Below are positions 53,493 through 63,595 of a DNA stretch of 64,000 nucleotides, piece by piece. The number at the start of each line of letters is the position of its first letter. Within the stretch, counting starts at the first letter, position 1. Source of the DNA: Candidatus Atribacter allofermentans (GTDB taxonomy: Bacteria; Atribacterota; Atribacteria; Atribacterales; Atribacteraceae); the NCBI GenBank assembly GCA_002069605.1, contig MWBQ01000021.1:55818-119817 (forward strand), given 5' to 3'. The notes beneath the pieces are model-generated. The model did not search any database. It was given only the letters and a program-made list of their open reading frames with translations, and was not told the DNA's origin. The position numbers were made by a program, and so were the translations under genes.

Positions 53493-53867
53493 GGGTTTCA
53501 CCTTCCTCCGTTCATCTCAGCAGTATTAAAAACCAAGTATAGATTCACAAATCTATTACAATTGAATAAATACGTTTAACGCTTTTCTTTACCCCTCTTT
53601 GAGATAAGATATCAGCTACTGAGTAGGTATAAATAAGTAGGATACAACTCCTCTCCAATTTGAAAGGGGGGAAAACACCAGGGGGCACCCCAACTCAAAA
53701 GAACATTTTGAAGTTGTTTGATAATGGAAAGAGTATTCAAATATCCCCCTCCTTGAAGGGGTATCCTTTCGTTATTATCAAAATAACACACTTGAATTAA
53801 TTATAAAAGAACTATCCGAGTTTTCCAGTGACCCTTGCAGTTGGATTACCCGGATAGTTTACAGTTT

Positions 53868-55451
53868 TTACTCTGGTGTTTCTTCTTTGTGTTCGGCAAT
53901 GATGGTTTGAGTGGTCAAGGCTAAAGAGGCAATACTCACTGCATTTTGGAGAGCTGCTCGGGTAACCTTGGCGGGATCAACTATTCCCGATTTGACCATG
54001 TCAACAAATTCACCGGTCATAGCATTGAAACCTATTTTTTTATCCAGACCTCGAACCTTACTGGCAATAATATTCCCTTGATATCCAGCATTTTCTGCGA
54101 TTCTTTTTAGAGGTTCTTCCAAGGCGTTCAAAACGATTAGAGCGCCAACTTGCTCATCATTAGACAGGTTATCGACGGAGACTTCTTGTCTAATATGCAG
54201 AAGCAATGATCCCCCTCCAGGGATGATTCCTTCCTCGATAGCCGAACGAGTTGCTGAGAGAGCGTCTTCAACTCGATGTTTCTTTTCTTTGAGTTCGGTT
54301 TCGGATAGAGCCCCTACCTTGATGATCGCAACTCCTCCAATTAACTTTGCCAATCGTTCTTGAAGTTTTTCACGGTCATAACTGGAATCGGTCTTTTCAA
54401 TTTGAACTCGGATTTCTTTTTCTCGAGCTTTTATATCATCGGGACTTCCTTGGCCGTCAACAATAATAGTGTTGTCTTTGTTGATTTTTACCGATCCGGC
54501 CTTTCCTAAAAGATCTATGGTGACTTTCTCCAATTTCATTCCCATTTCCTGGGAAATAACCTGTCCACCAGTAAGAATAGCCAGGTCATGAAGGATTTCC
54601 TTTCGTCGATCTCCAAAAGCTGGCGCTTTTACTGCTGCAACGTTGAGTGCACCACGAAGCCGATTGACCACTAAAGTCGCTAAGGCTTCGCCTTCTAAAT
54701 CTTCGGCAATGATCAATAGAGGTTTTCCGGTTTGGACGACCTGCTGGAGTATGGGGAGCAGCGTTTGAATGGAGCTAATTTTAGAATCAGTAATCAAAAT
54801 ATAGGGATTTTCCAGAATACAAACCATTCTCTCTTGATCGGTTACCATATAAGGAGATAGGTAGCCTCGATCAAACTGCATTCCTTCAACCACCTCAAGG
54901 GTAGTATCGGTTGACTTGGATTCTTCTACAGTAATAACTCCATCTCTACCTACTTTTTCTATGGATTCAGCAATGATTTGACCAATTGACTGGTCTTTTG
55001 CGGAAATGGAGGCAACCTGAGCGATAGACTTTTGATCATCAATTGGGATGCTGTTTTGGTTAATCTTATTGACGATTTGGACGAGAATTTTATCCATACC
55101 ATTTTTAAGAAAAACTGGATTATAACCAGCAGTGACATTTTTCAATCCATTGTGGATCATTTTTTGAGCAAGGACCATGGCGGTGGTAGTTCCGTCACCA
55201 GCTATATCATTGGTTTTAGTAGCAACTTCTCGGACCAAAGTTACCCCGATATTTTCAAAAGGGTCTTTGACCTCAATCTCTCGAGCAATAGTAACCCCAT
55301 CATTGGTAATCGTTGGTGCCCCGAATTTTTTTTCTAAGATGACGTTTCGACCTTTAGGGCCTAAGGTCAGCTTTACCGTGTCGGTAATAATATTAGCCCC
55401 TTTTTCTAAAGTACGGCGGGCTTCTTCATCGAAAATGAGTTTTTTTGGCAT
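53868..55451 (-). CDS. groL: Chaperonin GroEL (Cpn60)
   Basis: Motifs ..TLGPKGRNV.., ..AGDGTTTA.., ..[10 protein letters not shown]... Start placed at ATG 55451 ([13 protein letters not shown]); the track start is GTG 55460. The C-terminus lacks a GGM repeat tail. No groES ORF upstream. Confidence 0.95.
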   Translation of the reverse strand: MPKKLIFDEEARRTLEKGANIITDTVKLTLGPKGRNVILEKKFGAPTITNDGVTIAREIEVKDPFENIGVTLVREVATKTNDIAGDGTTTAMVLAQKMIHNGLKNVTAGYNPVFLKNGMDKILVQIVNKINQNSIPIDDQKSIAQVASISAKDQSIGQIIAESIEKVGRDGVITVEESKSTDTTLEVVEGMQFDRGYLSPYMVTDQERMVCILENPYILITDSKISSIQTLLPILQQVVQTGKPLLIIAEDLEGEALATLVVNRLRGALNVAAVKAPAFGDRRKEILHDLAILTGGQVISQEMGMKLEKVTIDLLGKAGSVKINKDNTIIVDGQGSPDDIKAREKEIRVQIEKTDSSYDREKLQERLAKLIGGVAIIKVGALSETELKEKKHRVEDALSATRSAIEEGIIPGGGSLLLHIRQEVSVDNLSNDEQVGALIVLNALEEPLKRIAENAGYQGNIIASKVRGLDKKIGFNAMTGEFVDMVKSGIVDPAKVTRAALQNAVSIASLALTTQTIIAEHKEETPE

Positions 55452-55550
55452 TAATGACACCTTCCCTTCTATCTTATCGTATAGATTATTTCCATTTTAA
55501 GGAAAAAATCAGACTATTCTCGGGGGAAAAGTCTGGCAATGCATCGAAAT

Positions 55551-55580
55551 CTAAAGCGGAGTGAATTAGACTGGCTTTAG
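55551..55580. repeat. Imperfect 30-nt palindrome in the groEL upstream region
   Basis: ctaaagc gg agt gaattag act gg gctttag-type symmetry: outer 7-bp arms ctaaagc/gctttag and inner agt/act. Lies about 100 nt upstream of the groEL ATG. It is not a canonical CIRCE. Confidence 0.3.
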
Positions 55581-55739
55581 TTTCTTAGAAATCAACAACA
55601 AAAATATATTATAACGTTAAGGAAGAAAAAAACCTATAGGTTCATTTAAAAATTTATTATAATATATTAATCAAACACACCTGAAAATTCAATCAATTCC
55701 TACTCGCTACAGAATAAAGCAGTGTCAGTGATCAAAAAA

Positions 55740-55770
55740 TAACTATTAATTGAGAAATATTAACTATTAA
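55740..55770. repeat. 10-nt perfect direct repeat (taactattaa) spaced 21 nt apart
   Basis: taactattaa at 55740-55749 and 55761-55770, immediately downstream of the tsaD stop and far upstream of groEL. AT-rich, so this could be chance. Confidence 0.3.
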
Positions 55771-55773
55771 GCT

Positions 55774-56790
55774 TTATACTTCTCCCAATCGCAACTGGGG
55801 ATCAGGTTCTAAATCGAGGGGGCTGGTTTTCCCTAAGGAAAAATGAAAAGAGCCACTACTTCCTATCATGGCTGCGTTATCAGTACATAGAGTTGGCGAT
55901 GGGAGATAAACTTTTATATTATGCTGGAATCCTTTTTGTAAAAAAAGAGAACGAAGCGAGCTGTTGGCTGCTACTCCACCGCCCAGCGATACCCTTCGAA
56001 TACCGGTTTTTTTAATAGCTCGGATGGTTTTTTTCCAGAGGGTACGTACAACACTTCGTTGAAAGGATGCTAAAAGATCGTTAATTATATTTTCATCTTT
56101 TTTGGAAGAGTCTGGAAGCTGGTCGTACATTCGTACCACAGCAGTTTTGAGACCACTGAAGCTGAAATCATAATTTTCTTGATCTTCTAATCCTCCCCGA
56201 AAATGAAAACGAGTCGGATTGGCGTTTTTTGCCCGGTTATCAATTAAAGGACCGCCAGGATAACCGATATTTAGGTATTTGGCAATCTTATCAAATACTT
56301 CACCGGCTGCATCGTCACGAGTCCGTCCTAAATGGACATATTTGCCCCAGTCTTGGACCACAGTTAACTCGGTATGTCCTCCTGAAACGATAAGTGAAAT
56401 GAAAGGCGGGGTAATATCTGGATGATCCAATCGAGAAGCAAAAAGATGTCCTTCCAAATGATTGACAGCGATAAATGGTTTTTGATTGAGGATAGAAAGA
56501 GTCTTCCCCATGCATAGTCCCATAAGAAGAGATCCAGTTAATCCTGGACCACGAGTTATTGCGAACAAATCAATTTCTTTAAGAGTAAGATTAGCCTGTT
56601 GCAAGGCCTGTTCTAAAGCCGGAATCAAATATTCCAAATGGCGTCGGGATGCGACTTCTGGAACAACTCCACCAAAACGACGATGAATATCGATTTGACT
56701 GGATATTACATTGGAGAGGATGGTATACCCATTTTTTATAATAGCGACACAAGTATCGTCGCAACTGGTTTCAATTGCCAAGCAGTACAT
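55774..56790 (-). CDS. tsaD: tRNA N6-adenosine threonylcarbamoyltransferase TsaD
   Basis: 338-aa ORF: MYCLAIETSCDDT.., metal-binding AVNHLEGHL, ..VSGGHT.. Last gene of the tsaE-tsaB-rimI-tsaD cluster. Confidence 0.93.
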   Translation of the reverse strand: MYCLAIETSCDDTCVAIIKNGYTILSNVISSQIDIHRRFGGVVPEVASRRHLEYLIPALEQALQQANLTLKEIDLFAITRGPGLTGSLLMGLCMGKTLSILNQKPFIAVNHLEGHLFASRLDHPDITPPFISLIVSGGHTELTVVQDWGKYVHLGRTRDDAAGEVFDKIAKYLNIGYPGGPLIDNRAKNANPTRFHFRGGLEDQENYDFSFSGLKTAVVRMYDQLPDSSKKDENIINDLLASFQRSVVRTLWKKTIRAIKKTGIRRVSLGGGVAANSSLRSLFLQKGFQHNIKVYLPSPTLCTDNAAMIGSSGSFHFSLGKTSPLDLEPDPQLRLGEV

Positions 56791-56805
56791 AACAATCCTT
56801 TCTTT

Positions 56806-57279
56806 TTAACCTTCTTTGCTGATGATTTTTTTCATGATAATAGCATCTTCACCATCACTGTAATATTTTGTTCGAATTCCAATGGCAGTAAAATCCAGTG
56901 AACGATAAAGATTTTGGGCAGGGAAATTAGAAACTCTTACCTCAAGAAAAACTTCCTGACAACCCTGATTCAAAATTGAATTCAGAGCATATTGAAGGAA
57001 TTTTTTCCCCAATCCTTGACGGCGATAATCGGGGTGAATGGCAAAGGTGGTAATGTGGGCTTCTTCGAAAAGATACCAATAACCAATATATCCAATCACT
57101 TTTCTCTTAATTCGAAGAACCAGGTAGGTCGCCAGTCGGTTAGTAAATTCACTCATAAAAAGAGAAAAACTCCAGGGTTGGGGGAAAGATTTCTTTTCTA
57201 TAGCTAAAACTGCTGATAAATGGATTGGTTTCATTTTTTCGATGACATAGGGTTCAGCTGGGAAAGGAGAATTATTCAT
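56806..57279 (-). CDS. rimI: Ribosomal-protein-alanine N-acetyltransferase RimI (GNAT)
   Basis: GNAT motif A (..HPDYRRQGLGKKFL..). Sits between tsaB and tsaD. Start placed at ATG 57279, overlapping the tsaB stop; the track ORF extends to 57369. Confidence 0.8.
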   Translation of the reverse strand: MNNSPFPAEPYVIEKMKPIHLSAVLAIEKKSFPQPWSFSLFMSEFTNRLATYLVLRIKRKVIGYIGYWYLFEEAHITTFAIHPDYRRQGLGKKFLQYALNSILNQGCQEVFLEVRVSNFPAQNLYRSLDFTAIGIRTKYYSDGEDAIIMKKIISKEG

Positions 57280-57985
57280 GTTCAAAGACTCGTGATCCAT
57301 ATAGAGGTCGAGTATTTTCTTCAAAGAATTCGGAATTATTTTTTTGAATAGGAATATCCCGGCTTTCAATTAATTCAATAAGGTTGATGGAATCAGGTTG
57401 TGAACTATCAGGGTGAAGGCACTGAAATTGATTGTTTTGAAAAAGGTTATAAAGTTCCTGCCAAGGAGTAATAATCAAAACATCTTTAGAAGAATAAAGC
57501 TTTATAATATCTGAATAAGGTCCGATTTGAATTTTGACTTGGTGATCCGGTAGTTTTTGAAAGCCTAGTTTAAATTCTGACCAGAAGACTTCATTTTTCT
57601 TATGAAAAATAACTGGAAGAATAATCAAGCCTTTGTGAGGGGTTATTAGTTTACTTCCCTGGTGGGCTAACATCTCCAAAGTGGAAAATCCATATAAGGG
57701 ACAATTCAAGCTGTATGCCAAAGTTCGGCCGGTGATATTGGCTATTTTTATACCGGTAAAAGAACCAGGACCTCGACCGATAACGATCCGTTCTGGTGGA
57801 AAGGTTGAAAAGAATCCCTTTTTCTGTATTTCCTCCAAAGATTGAATCAAAACCCGGGAATGGTCGGTCATGACCTGGGAACGATGCTGATAGATAACTT
57901 CAGCACTATTTCCTAAAGTTAAAGTCAGCCAAGGAGTGCTAGTATCCAAGGCTAAAGTATTTGGTATTGTTTGATTATTGTCCAT
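57272..57985 (-). CDS. tsaB: tRNA threonylcarbamoyladenosine biosynthesis protein TsaB
   Basis: TsaB-like N-terminus LALDTSTPWLTLTLG... and GRGPGSFTGIKI. Start placed at ATG 57985; the track ORF extends to 58024. Confidence 0.85.
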   Translation of the reverse strand: MDNNQTIPNTLALDTSTPWLTLTLGNSAEVIYQHRSQVMTDHSRVLIQSLEEIQKKGFFSTFPPERIVIGRGPGSFTGIKIANITGRTLAYSLNCPLYGFSTLEMLAHQGSKLITPHKGLIILPVIFHKKNEVFWSEFKLGFQKLPDHQVKIQIGPYSDIIKLYSSKDVLIITPWQELYNLFQNNQFQCLHPDSSQPDSINLIELIESRDIPIQKNNSEFFEENTRPLYGSRVFEHE

Positions 57986-58421
57986 AATTTTGATAAAAGA
58001 TTTCGATGAGTCGGTTTTTTTCATCGGTAACAGTTAATTTGACTACATAATAAGGAGGAAGAAAATGAGCTAAAAATCGTTCACCCCATTCAATTACAGT
58101 AAAGGAATTTGAAGTAAAATATTCCTCGATCCCCAACTGCTCAACCTCCTGCCAGTTTTCAAGACGATAAAAATCCATATGGTTGAGAATGCAAACTGGG
58201 CCATGGTATTCATTGATTAAGGCAAAACTTGGACTAATCACTTCCCGGCTGGAAATACCCAGCGCTTCAGCGATTCCCTTGGTAAAATAGGTTTTTCCAG
58301 CACCTAGCTGGCCGGATAAGAGAATAGGAACTCCTGGCTGAAAATATTCCTGAGTAAAATGGCTGGCAATTTTCATGGTTTGGTCTTCATTGGATGATAA
58401 TAGAGTATCAAGATGAGTCAT
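57975..58421 (-). CDS. tsaE: tRNA threonylcarbamoyladenosine biosynthesis ATPase TsaE
   Basis: 148-aa ORF with P-loop LSGQLGAGKTYFTKG and ..SPSFALINEY.. Confidence 0.88.
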   Translation of the reverse strand: MTHLDTLLSSNEDQTMKIASHFTQEYFQPGVPILLSGQLGAGKTYFTKGIAEALGISSREVISPSFALINEYHGPVCILNHMDFYRLENWQEVEQLGIEEYFTSNSFTVIEWGERFLAHFLPPYYVVKLTVTDEKNRLIEIFYQNYGQ

Positions 58422-59554
58422 ACCACAATCCGATTTTTAATCCGAATAAAACTACATAAAATTTCGTGAGGAATGGTTTCTGCCCAAGCAGCCATCTCTT
58501 CCGCTCGAATTTCATCAGGTCCGTCTGATCCGAGAATTGTAACCAGGTCTCCCCTTTTCACATCAGGGATAGAGGTTACATCTACCATCATTTGATCCAT
58601 GGAAATTACTCCTAAGCATTTGGCTCGTTGTCCTTTGATTAAAACCTCCATTCGGTTTGAAAGGCGCCGCAAAAGCCCTTGAGCATAGCCGATAGGAATA
58701 ACTGCCAACCGAGTCGGACGTTCGGTAATACAGGTTCCACCATACCCAATACAACATCCCGATGGAAGGTGTTTTAAAAGTTTAACCCGGCTTTTTATCC
58801 TCATCACGGGTGATAAACCAAGTGAACGGACTGGAGAAGGATCCTGGATGGGTGAAACACCAAATAACGCAATTCCTACCCTCACCATATCAAGGTGATA
58901 ATGTGGGAAAAATAGGAAACCAGCGCTGTTACAGCAATGCTTTTCTAAATTTTGAATTGAAACCTGTTCTGAAAGAAATTTTTTTTGTAAAAAGTTCTGA
59001 AAAATTTCAAACTGCCGATGGGTATAGGTAGGATCATTTTCTGAACTGGCAAAATGGGTCATTACTCCCTTTAGATGCAAATAGGGGTGATGACTCATTT
59101 GTTTGATGAATGATTCATCCAGTTCTTCCGGAAGAAAGCCCATTCGATACATCCCCGAATCAATTTTTAAATGAAATTCCAGCTCTTGTTGATTCAATTG
59201 AACCGCAGATTTCAGTTGATCCCATTCTTCTCGGGAGGAAAGGGCGGGTGTTAAGTGATTTTTAAAAATCCCAGGAATTTCCTGGTTAATGAATCCTCCT
59301 AATAAATAGATGGTCCCTTTGATTCCTAATTGACGGAGAGCTTCACCCTCTTGAACGGTAGCAACCCCAAAGCGATTCATGCCCCACTTCTGAAGGAGCA
59401 AAACGCTTTCTATACCATGCCCGTATGCGTCAGCTTTGACTACTCCAATTATCCGAGAGGCATTGGGAATACTTAGGTGTTGAAGTATTCGAGTAAAATT
59501 GTTATGGAGCGATTGTGAGTCAATCTCCATCCACAATGGGTAATCGATATTCAC
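58418..59554 (-). CDS. alr: Alanine racemase
   Basis: 378-aa ORF with PLP-lysine motif VVKADAYGHG and a C-terminal beta domain. Overlaps the nnr end; an alternative ATG lies 24 nt downstream. Confidence 0.9.
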   Translation of the reverse strand: MNIDYPLWMEIDSQSLHNNFTRILQHLSIPNASRIIGVVKADAYGHGIESVLLLQKWGMNRFGVATVQEGEALRQLGIKGTIYLLGGFINQEIPGIFKNHLTPALSSREEWDQLKSAVQLNQQELEFHLKIDSGMYRMGFLPEELDESFIKQMSHHPYLHLKGVMTHFASSENDPTYTHRQFEIFQNFLQKKFLSEQVSIQNLEKHCCNSAGFLFFPHYHLDMVRVGIALFGVSPIQDPSPVRSLGLSPVMRIKSRVKLLKHLPSGCCIGYGGTCITERPTRLAVIPIGYAQGLLRRLSNRMEVLIKGQRAKCLGVISMDQMMVDVTSIPDVKRGDLVTILGSDGPDEIRAEEMAAWAETIPHEILCSFIRIKNRIVV

Positions 59555-61109
59555 AATTTTTAACCACCTTTATCGCGTATGGTAGATAAGATGCTAGTTC
59601 ACTGGCAAGAAGTTGAGGAGACTGTTTTTGATATAAATCAGCTGATAACCCATGGAGAAATACGCCGGTCACGGCACTGATAAACGGAGACCCACCTTGA
59701 GCCAAAAAAGCTGCAATAATTCCGGTTAAAACGTCTCCACTTCCAGCAGTAGCAAGATTGGGATTCCCCGTTGGGTTGATAGCAATTTCTCCCTGGGGAG
59801 ATACAACTATGGTTCCTGGTCCCTTTAAAACGGTAATACAGTTAAAGTATTGAGACAAAGCACAACTCGCGGCGATTCGATTTTCAGCGATTGAAGAAGC
59901 CGAGCGGTTAAGGAGACGACCCATTTCGCCTTCGTGAGGAGTAAGAATCCAACCTTGTAAACGATTTTTCCAAAACTCCCGGTTAACAGCAATAGCATTT
60001 AAAGCATCGGCATCAATTACACCCTTGATCGGTGATTTTTCAATGACTTTTTCAATAAAATATCTGGATGCTGGAGACGAACCTAATCCGGGACCAATTG
60101 CAATTGAGCGGCATTTTCGTTGTAAGATGGCTTCACATATTTCATCGGCATGATGAGGTAAGTACTTCCATTGAGTATTTTTTTTATTGGAAGAAAGAAT
60201 GGTGCTCACCACTTCAGGTATAGAGGATTTCACTAAAGGTGCCAGTTGATGATTGGTTGCCCAAATAACCATTCCTGCTCCGCTTCGATAGGCGGCTTGA
60301 CAGGTTAAAAGGCCGGCTCCGGTCATGGCCGGGCTTCCAGCAACCACCATAACAACCCCGGCACTTATCTTATTACTGAGAAAAGCTTTCTCAGGCAAAA
60401 AAGGACGAATAAAATCAGGGGTGATCAGAAAACCTTCTTGGGGAACATCTGCCGGTTCTCGATCCAAGGGAATTCCGATATCAGTGAGATGAATTGTTCC
60501 ACAGTATTCACGAGCAGGAGCTACCACCAAGCCTCTCTTTAGCATTCCAAAAGTAATGGTATGATGAGCTTTAACAGCCCTTCCCATGATTTTACCCCAG
60601 GTGGCATCGACACCCGAAGGGGCATCAACGGCAATAATCATTGATTCCTTGGCTTCATTGATAGCATCGATTACTTCTTGAAAAACACCTTCAACCTTTT
60701 TCGATAATCCAGTACCAAAGAGGGAATCGATAATTAAAGTTCCTTTATCAAAGCGGGGGGGATTTCCTGGGAATACTCTCTGAATGGGTAAACCGATTCG
60801 CTGACAGATTTCATAATTAAGAGCAGTATCATTCTTCAGCCGCTCGGGATTTCCTACCAAAAAAATGGTGATAGGCAATAACGGATAACGAAGATTGAGA
60901 TGGCGGGCAATGACCAATCCGTCTCCTCCATTGTTACCCGGACCACAGACCACTGCTACCTGATTCCAGGATTTATCTATTCCAATTTGTCTAATCTTGT
61001 CGACAATATTTCTCCCGGCATTCTCCATGAGCAGCTGAGCCGGGATCCGGTAGGATTCGACTAATCTTTTTTCCAGTTTCTGCATGGATTCGGAAGTAAT
61101 CAGTTTCAC
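59520..61109 (-). CDS. nnr: Bifunctional NAD(P)H-hydrate repair enzyme Nnr (epimerase and ADP-dependent dehydratase)
   Basis: 529-aa ORF: YjeF N-terminal domain (..CGPGNNGGDGLV..) fused to a carbohydrate-kinase-like C-terminal domain (..GSGDVLTGII..). Confidence 0.88.
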   Translation of the reverse strand: MKLITSESMQKLEKRLVESYRIPAQLLMENAGRNIVDKIRQIGIDKSWNQVAVVCGPGNNGGDGLVIARHLNLRYPLLPITIFLVGNPERLKNDTALNYEICQRIGLPIQRVFPGNPPRFDKGTLIIDSLFGTGLSKKVEGVFQEVIDAINEAKESMIIAVDAPSGVDATWGKIMGRAVKAHHTITFGMLKRGLVVAPAREYCGTIHLTDIGIPLDREPADVPQEGFLITPDFIRPFLPEKAFLSNKISAGVVMVVAGSPAMTGAGLLTCQAAYRSGAGMVIWATNHQLAPLVKSSIPEVVSTILSSNKKNTQWKYLPHHADEICEAILQRKCRSIAIGPGLGSSPASRYFIEKVIEKSPIKGVIDADALNAIAVNREFWKNRLQGWILTPHEGEMGRLLNRSASSIAENRIAASCALSQYFNCITVLKGPGTIVVSPQGEIAINPTGNPNLATAGSGDVLTGIIAAFLAQGGSPFISAVTGVFLHGLSADLYQKQSPQLLASELASYLPYAIKVVKNCEYRLPIVDGD

Positions 61110-61111
61110 TG

Positions 61112-61510
61112 TTAGACCTCAGTGTTATCTATACGCCTTTCCACACCCACCGCTACAGCGACCACCATCTCAGCGGTGTGGGAAAGGGATAGGGATATAC
61201 TTTCAAATATTTGTTTTAATGATTCCTCGGATAATGAAACCCAAGGCTTTCCAGAAGAGTGATGGAAAACCTGAATCTGTTTCCAGTTTGGATTTAAATC
61301 CTTTTGAAGAAAGATTTTCTTAACGGCTTCTTTTATAGCGAAGAGAGAAGCGACTCCTTCAATAAAACGTCGCTCGTTCACGTCACAGTAATATTCCAGC
61401 TCAGCTGAAGTGGCAATTCGTTTTACAAACCTTTCTCCACATCGGCTAAGGGTTTTTTTTACTCTCGTGAGATTGATGAGATCGATACCAATGTATATCT
61501 TTGGGTTCAT
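61112..61510 (-). CDS. acpS: Holo-[acyl-carrier-protein] synthase
   Basis: 132-aa ORF with IGIDLINLTRV.. and ..SLSHT.. motifs. ATGA overlap with the upstream EF-G-like gene. Confidence 0.85.
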   Translation of the reverse strand: MNPKIYIGIDLINLTRVKKTLSRCGERFVKRIATSAELEYYCDVNERRFIEGVASLFAIKEAVKKIFLQKDLNPNWKQIQVFHHSSGKPWVSLSEESLKQIFESISLSLSHTAEMVVAVAVGVERRIDNTEV

Positions 61511-63594
61511 CCGGCCTCTTCTTTTTCTTTCTTGGCTTTTTGAATAATACCTTCAGCAATCTGAGCTGGGACTTCCTCATAGTTGGAAAAGGTCATTTTA
61601 TAAGACCCTCTCCCTTGGGTAATGGAGCGAAGGTCCACTGAATAGCGGAAAATTTCGGCTAAAGGAACATTAGCTCGGATAAGCTGATAGCCATCCTGTG
61701 GATCCATCCCCAAGATTCTTCCTCTACGACTGTTGATATCGCCGATAACATCTCCCATAAATTCTTCGGGAACGGTGATTTCAAGGTTCATAATTGGCTC
61801 AAGCAAAACCGGATTGCATTCCAGGCATCCCTTTTTCAAAGCCATCGATCCGGCAATTTTAAATGCCATATCCGATGAGTCAACCGGATGGAAAGATCCA
61901 TCGTAAACGATAACTCGGATATCAATGACCGGATAACCCGCTAAAACGCCTTCCAACATTGCTTCCTGAACGCCCTTTTCCACCGATGGAATATAATTGC
62001 GAGGAATGGCTCCACCGACAATTTTATCGACGAATTCAAAACCCTTACCACGGGGAAGGGGTTCAAGTTCCAGCCAACAATGGCCATACTGCCCTCTTCC
62101 GCCTGATTGTCTTTTATATTTTCCTTCCACCTTGGTGGTTCCCTTGATGGTTTCCTTATAAGGAACTTTTGGAATGGCCAAACCAACTTCCACTCCAAAT
62201 TTTCGCTTCATTTTCTCGATTAATACATCGAGATGAATATCCCCATAACCATAGAGAACATCTTCTTTAGTATCAGGGTCACGAACCTCTTTGACGGTAG
62301 GGTCTTCTTCCAGCATTCGACTGACTCCTAAGCTGATCTTATCTTCATCACCCCGTCCAAGAGGTTTGATGCTCGATAAATAATTCGCTTCGGGATATTC
62401 CAGATTGGCAAAAACGATTGTTTTTTCTTTTTCCGAAAGTGTATCACCAAGATAGATTTCATTGATTTTAGCGATGGCACCCATATCTCCCGGGCCAATT
62501 TCGGTTACCGATTCCTGGTTTTTACCTCGTAGGGTTAGTAATTGCCCCACTTTTTCTTCAGTATCACGGGAAGCGTTGAACAAACGGGAATCAGAAGTTA
62601 ATTTTCCAGAAAAAACCCTTACTAAAGCCAATTTTCCTACATAAGGATCGCTGATAATTTTATAAACGTAAGCTGAAAAAGGCTCGGTTTCGTTACATTT
62701 TCTTTCAACTTCTTCTTTGGTTTTCGGATTTATTCCTTGGATGGGAGGACGATCAAGAGGCGATGGGGCATAGTGGGATAAAGCATCTCCGAGAAGAGAC
62801 ACTCCTCGATCGGTTAAACCGGACCCACATAACACTGGAAATAGCTTTCTCTGAAGAATCGCTTGGCGAAGAGTTTCTTTAAGGAGCTCGGGTTCGATGG
62901 TTTGTCCTTCCAAGTACATATTTAATAACTCATCATTGGTTTCAGCAATATTCTCGACCAGGAAGTCATGAATTTCTTGGGCTTGATTTTGTAGGTCGGC
63001 TGGTACGGTGTCTTCCTTAAATGATTTTCCATCAGCTTGGAAATACAAGGCTTTCATGGCTAAAATATCGACGACACCCTGAAAATTGCTTTCTTTGCCG
63101 ATTGGTATGTAAAGAGGAGTTGCTTTAGCCGAGAGTTCACTTTGTATTTCACTTAAAACTTTATCAAAATTGGCACCTTCTCGATCCATTTTGTTGATAA
63201 AAAGAAAAACCGGAAGCTGATTTTGTTCTAAATACTTCCAGCTTCGCTCTACACCAACTTCAACACCAGAAACTCCACAAACGGGGATTAACCCACAATC
63301 GACTGCACGAAGAGCACCTAAAACATTTCCAACAAAATCTGCGTATCCAGGAGTATCAATCAAATTGATTTTCTTTCCCTGCCATTCAAAAGGGAGTACC
63401 GATAGGTCGATTGATATTCCTCTTTTTATTTCTTCTGGTTCCCAATCAGATACCGTGTTTCCTTCCTCAACTTTTCCCTTTCGGGAGATAAGTCCTGAAT
63501 GATAAAGCAAAGTTTCGGCAAGAGTTGTTTTTCCTGCACCAGCATGTGAAAATAATCCCACGTTTCGAATGTCTTTACTGTCATACTTTTTCAA
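61507..63594 (-). CDS. Elongation factor G paralogue (EF-G2-like translational GTPase)
   Basis: 695-aa ORF with G1 SHAGAGKTT (the divergent EF-G2-style P-loop, not AHIDAGKTT), DTPGYADF, NKMD and EF-G domains II-V. It is not in a str-operon context. Confidence 0.85.
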   Translation of the reverse strand: MKKYDSKDIRNVGLFSHAGAGKTTLAETLLYHSGLISRKGKVEEGNTVSDWEPEEIKRGISIDLSVLPFEWQGKKINLIDTPGYADFVGNVLGALRAVDCGLIPVCGVSGVEVGVERSWKYLEQNQLPVFLFINKMDREGANFDKVLSEIQSELSAKATPLYIPIGKESNFQGVVDILAMKALYFQADGKSFKEDTVPADLQNQAQEIHDFLVENIAETNDELLNMYLEGQTIEPELLKETLRQAILQRKLFPVLCGSGLTDRGVSLLGDALSHYAPSPLDRPPIQGINPKTKEEVERKCNETEPFSAYVYKIISDPYVGKLALVRVFSGKLTSDSRLFNASRDTEEKVGQLLTLRGKNQESVTEIGPGDMGAIAKINEIYLGDTLSEKEKTIVFANLEYPEANYLSSIKPLGRGDEDKISLGVSRMLEEDPTVKEVRDPDTKEDVLYGYGDIHLDVLIEKMKRKFGVEVGLAIPKVPYKETIKGTTKVEGKYKRQSGGRGQYGHCWLELEPLPRGKGFEFVDKIVGGAIPRNYIPSVEKGVQEAMLEGVLAGYPVIDIRVIVYDGSFHPVDSSDMAFKIAGSMALKKGCLECNPVLLEPIMNLEITVPEEFMGDVIGDINSRRGRILGMDPQDGYQLIRANVPLAEIFRYSVDLRSITQGRGSYKMTFSNYEEVPAQIAEGIIQKAKKEKEEAG

Positions 63595-63595
63595 A

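Noticed and set aside
53493-53867. Purine/guanine riboswitch (or ZTP or ykkC-type) ahead of the IMPDH-like/guaA/purA unit.
   Set aside because: I could not find the conserved cores (UAUAA...GAUAUGG...GUUUCUACC...CCGUAAA...CUAUG for purine; CCGCCUGGGC-type pseudoknot for ZTP). Kept only as an unclassified long leader in the findings.
55452-55773. CIRCE (HrcA operator) and a short or alternative-start groES upstream of groEL.
   Set aside because: There is no TTAGCACTC-N9-GAGTGCTAA match. All three coding-strand frames are interrupted by frequent stops, so no GroES-sized ORF exists.
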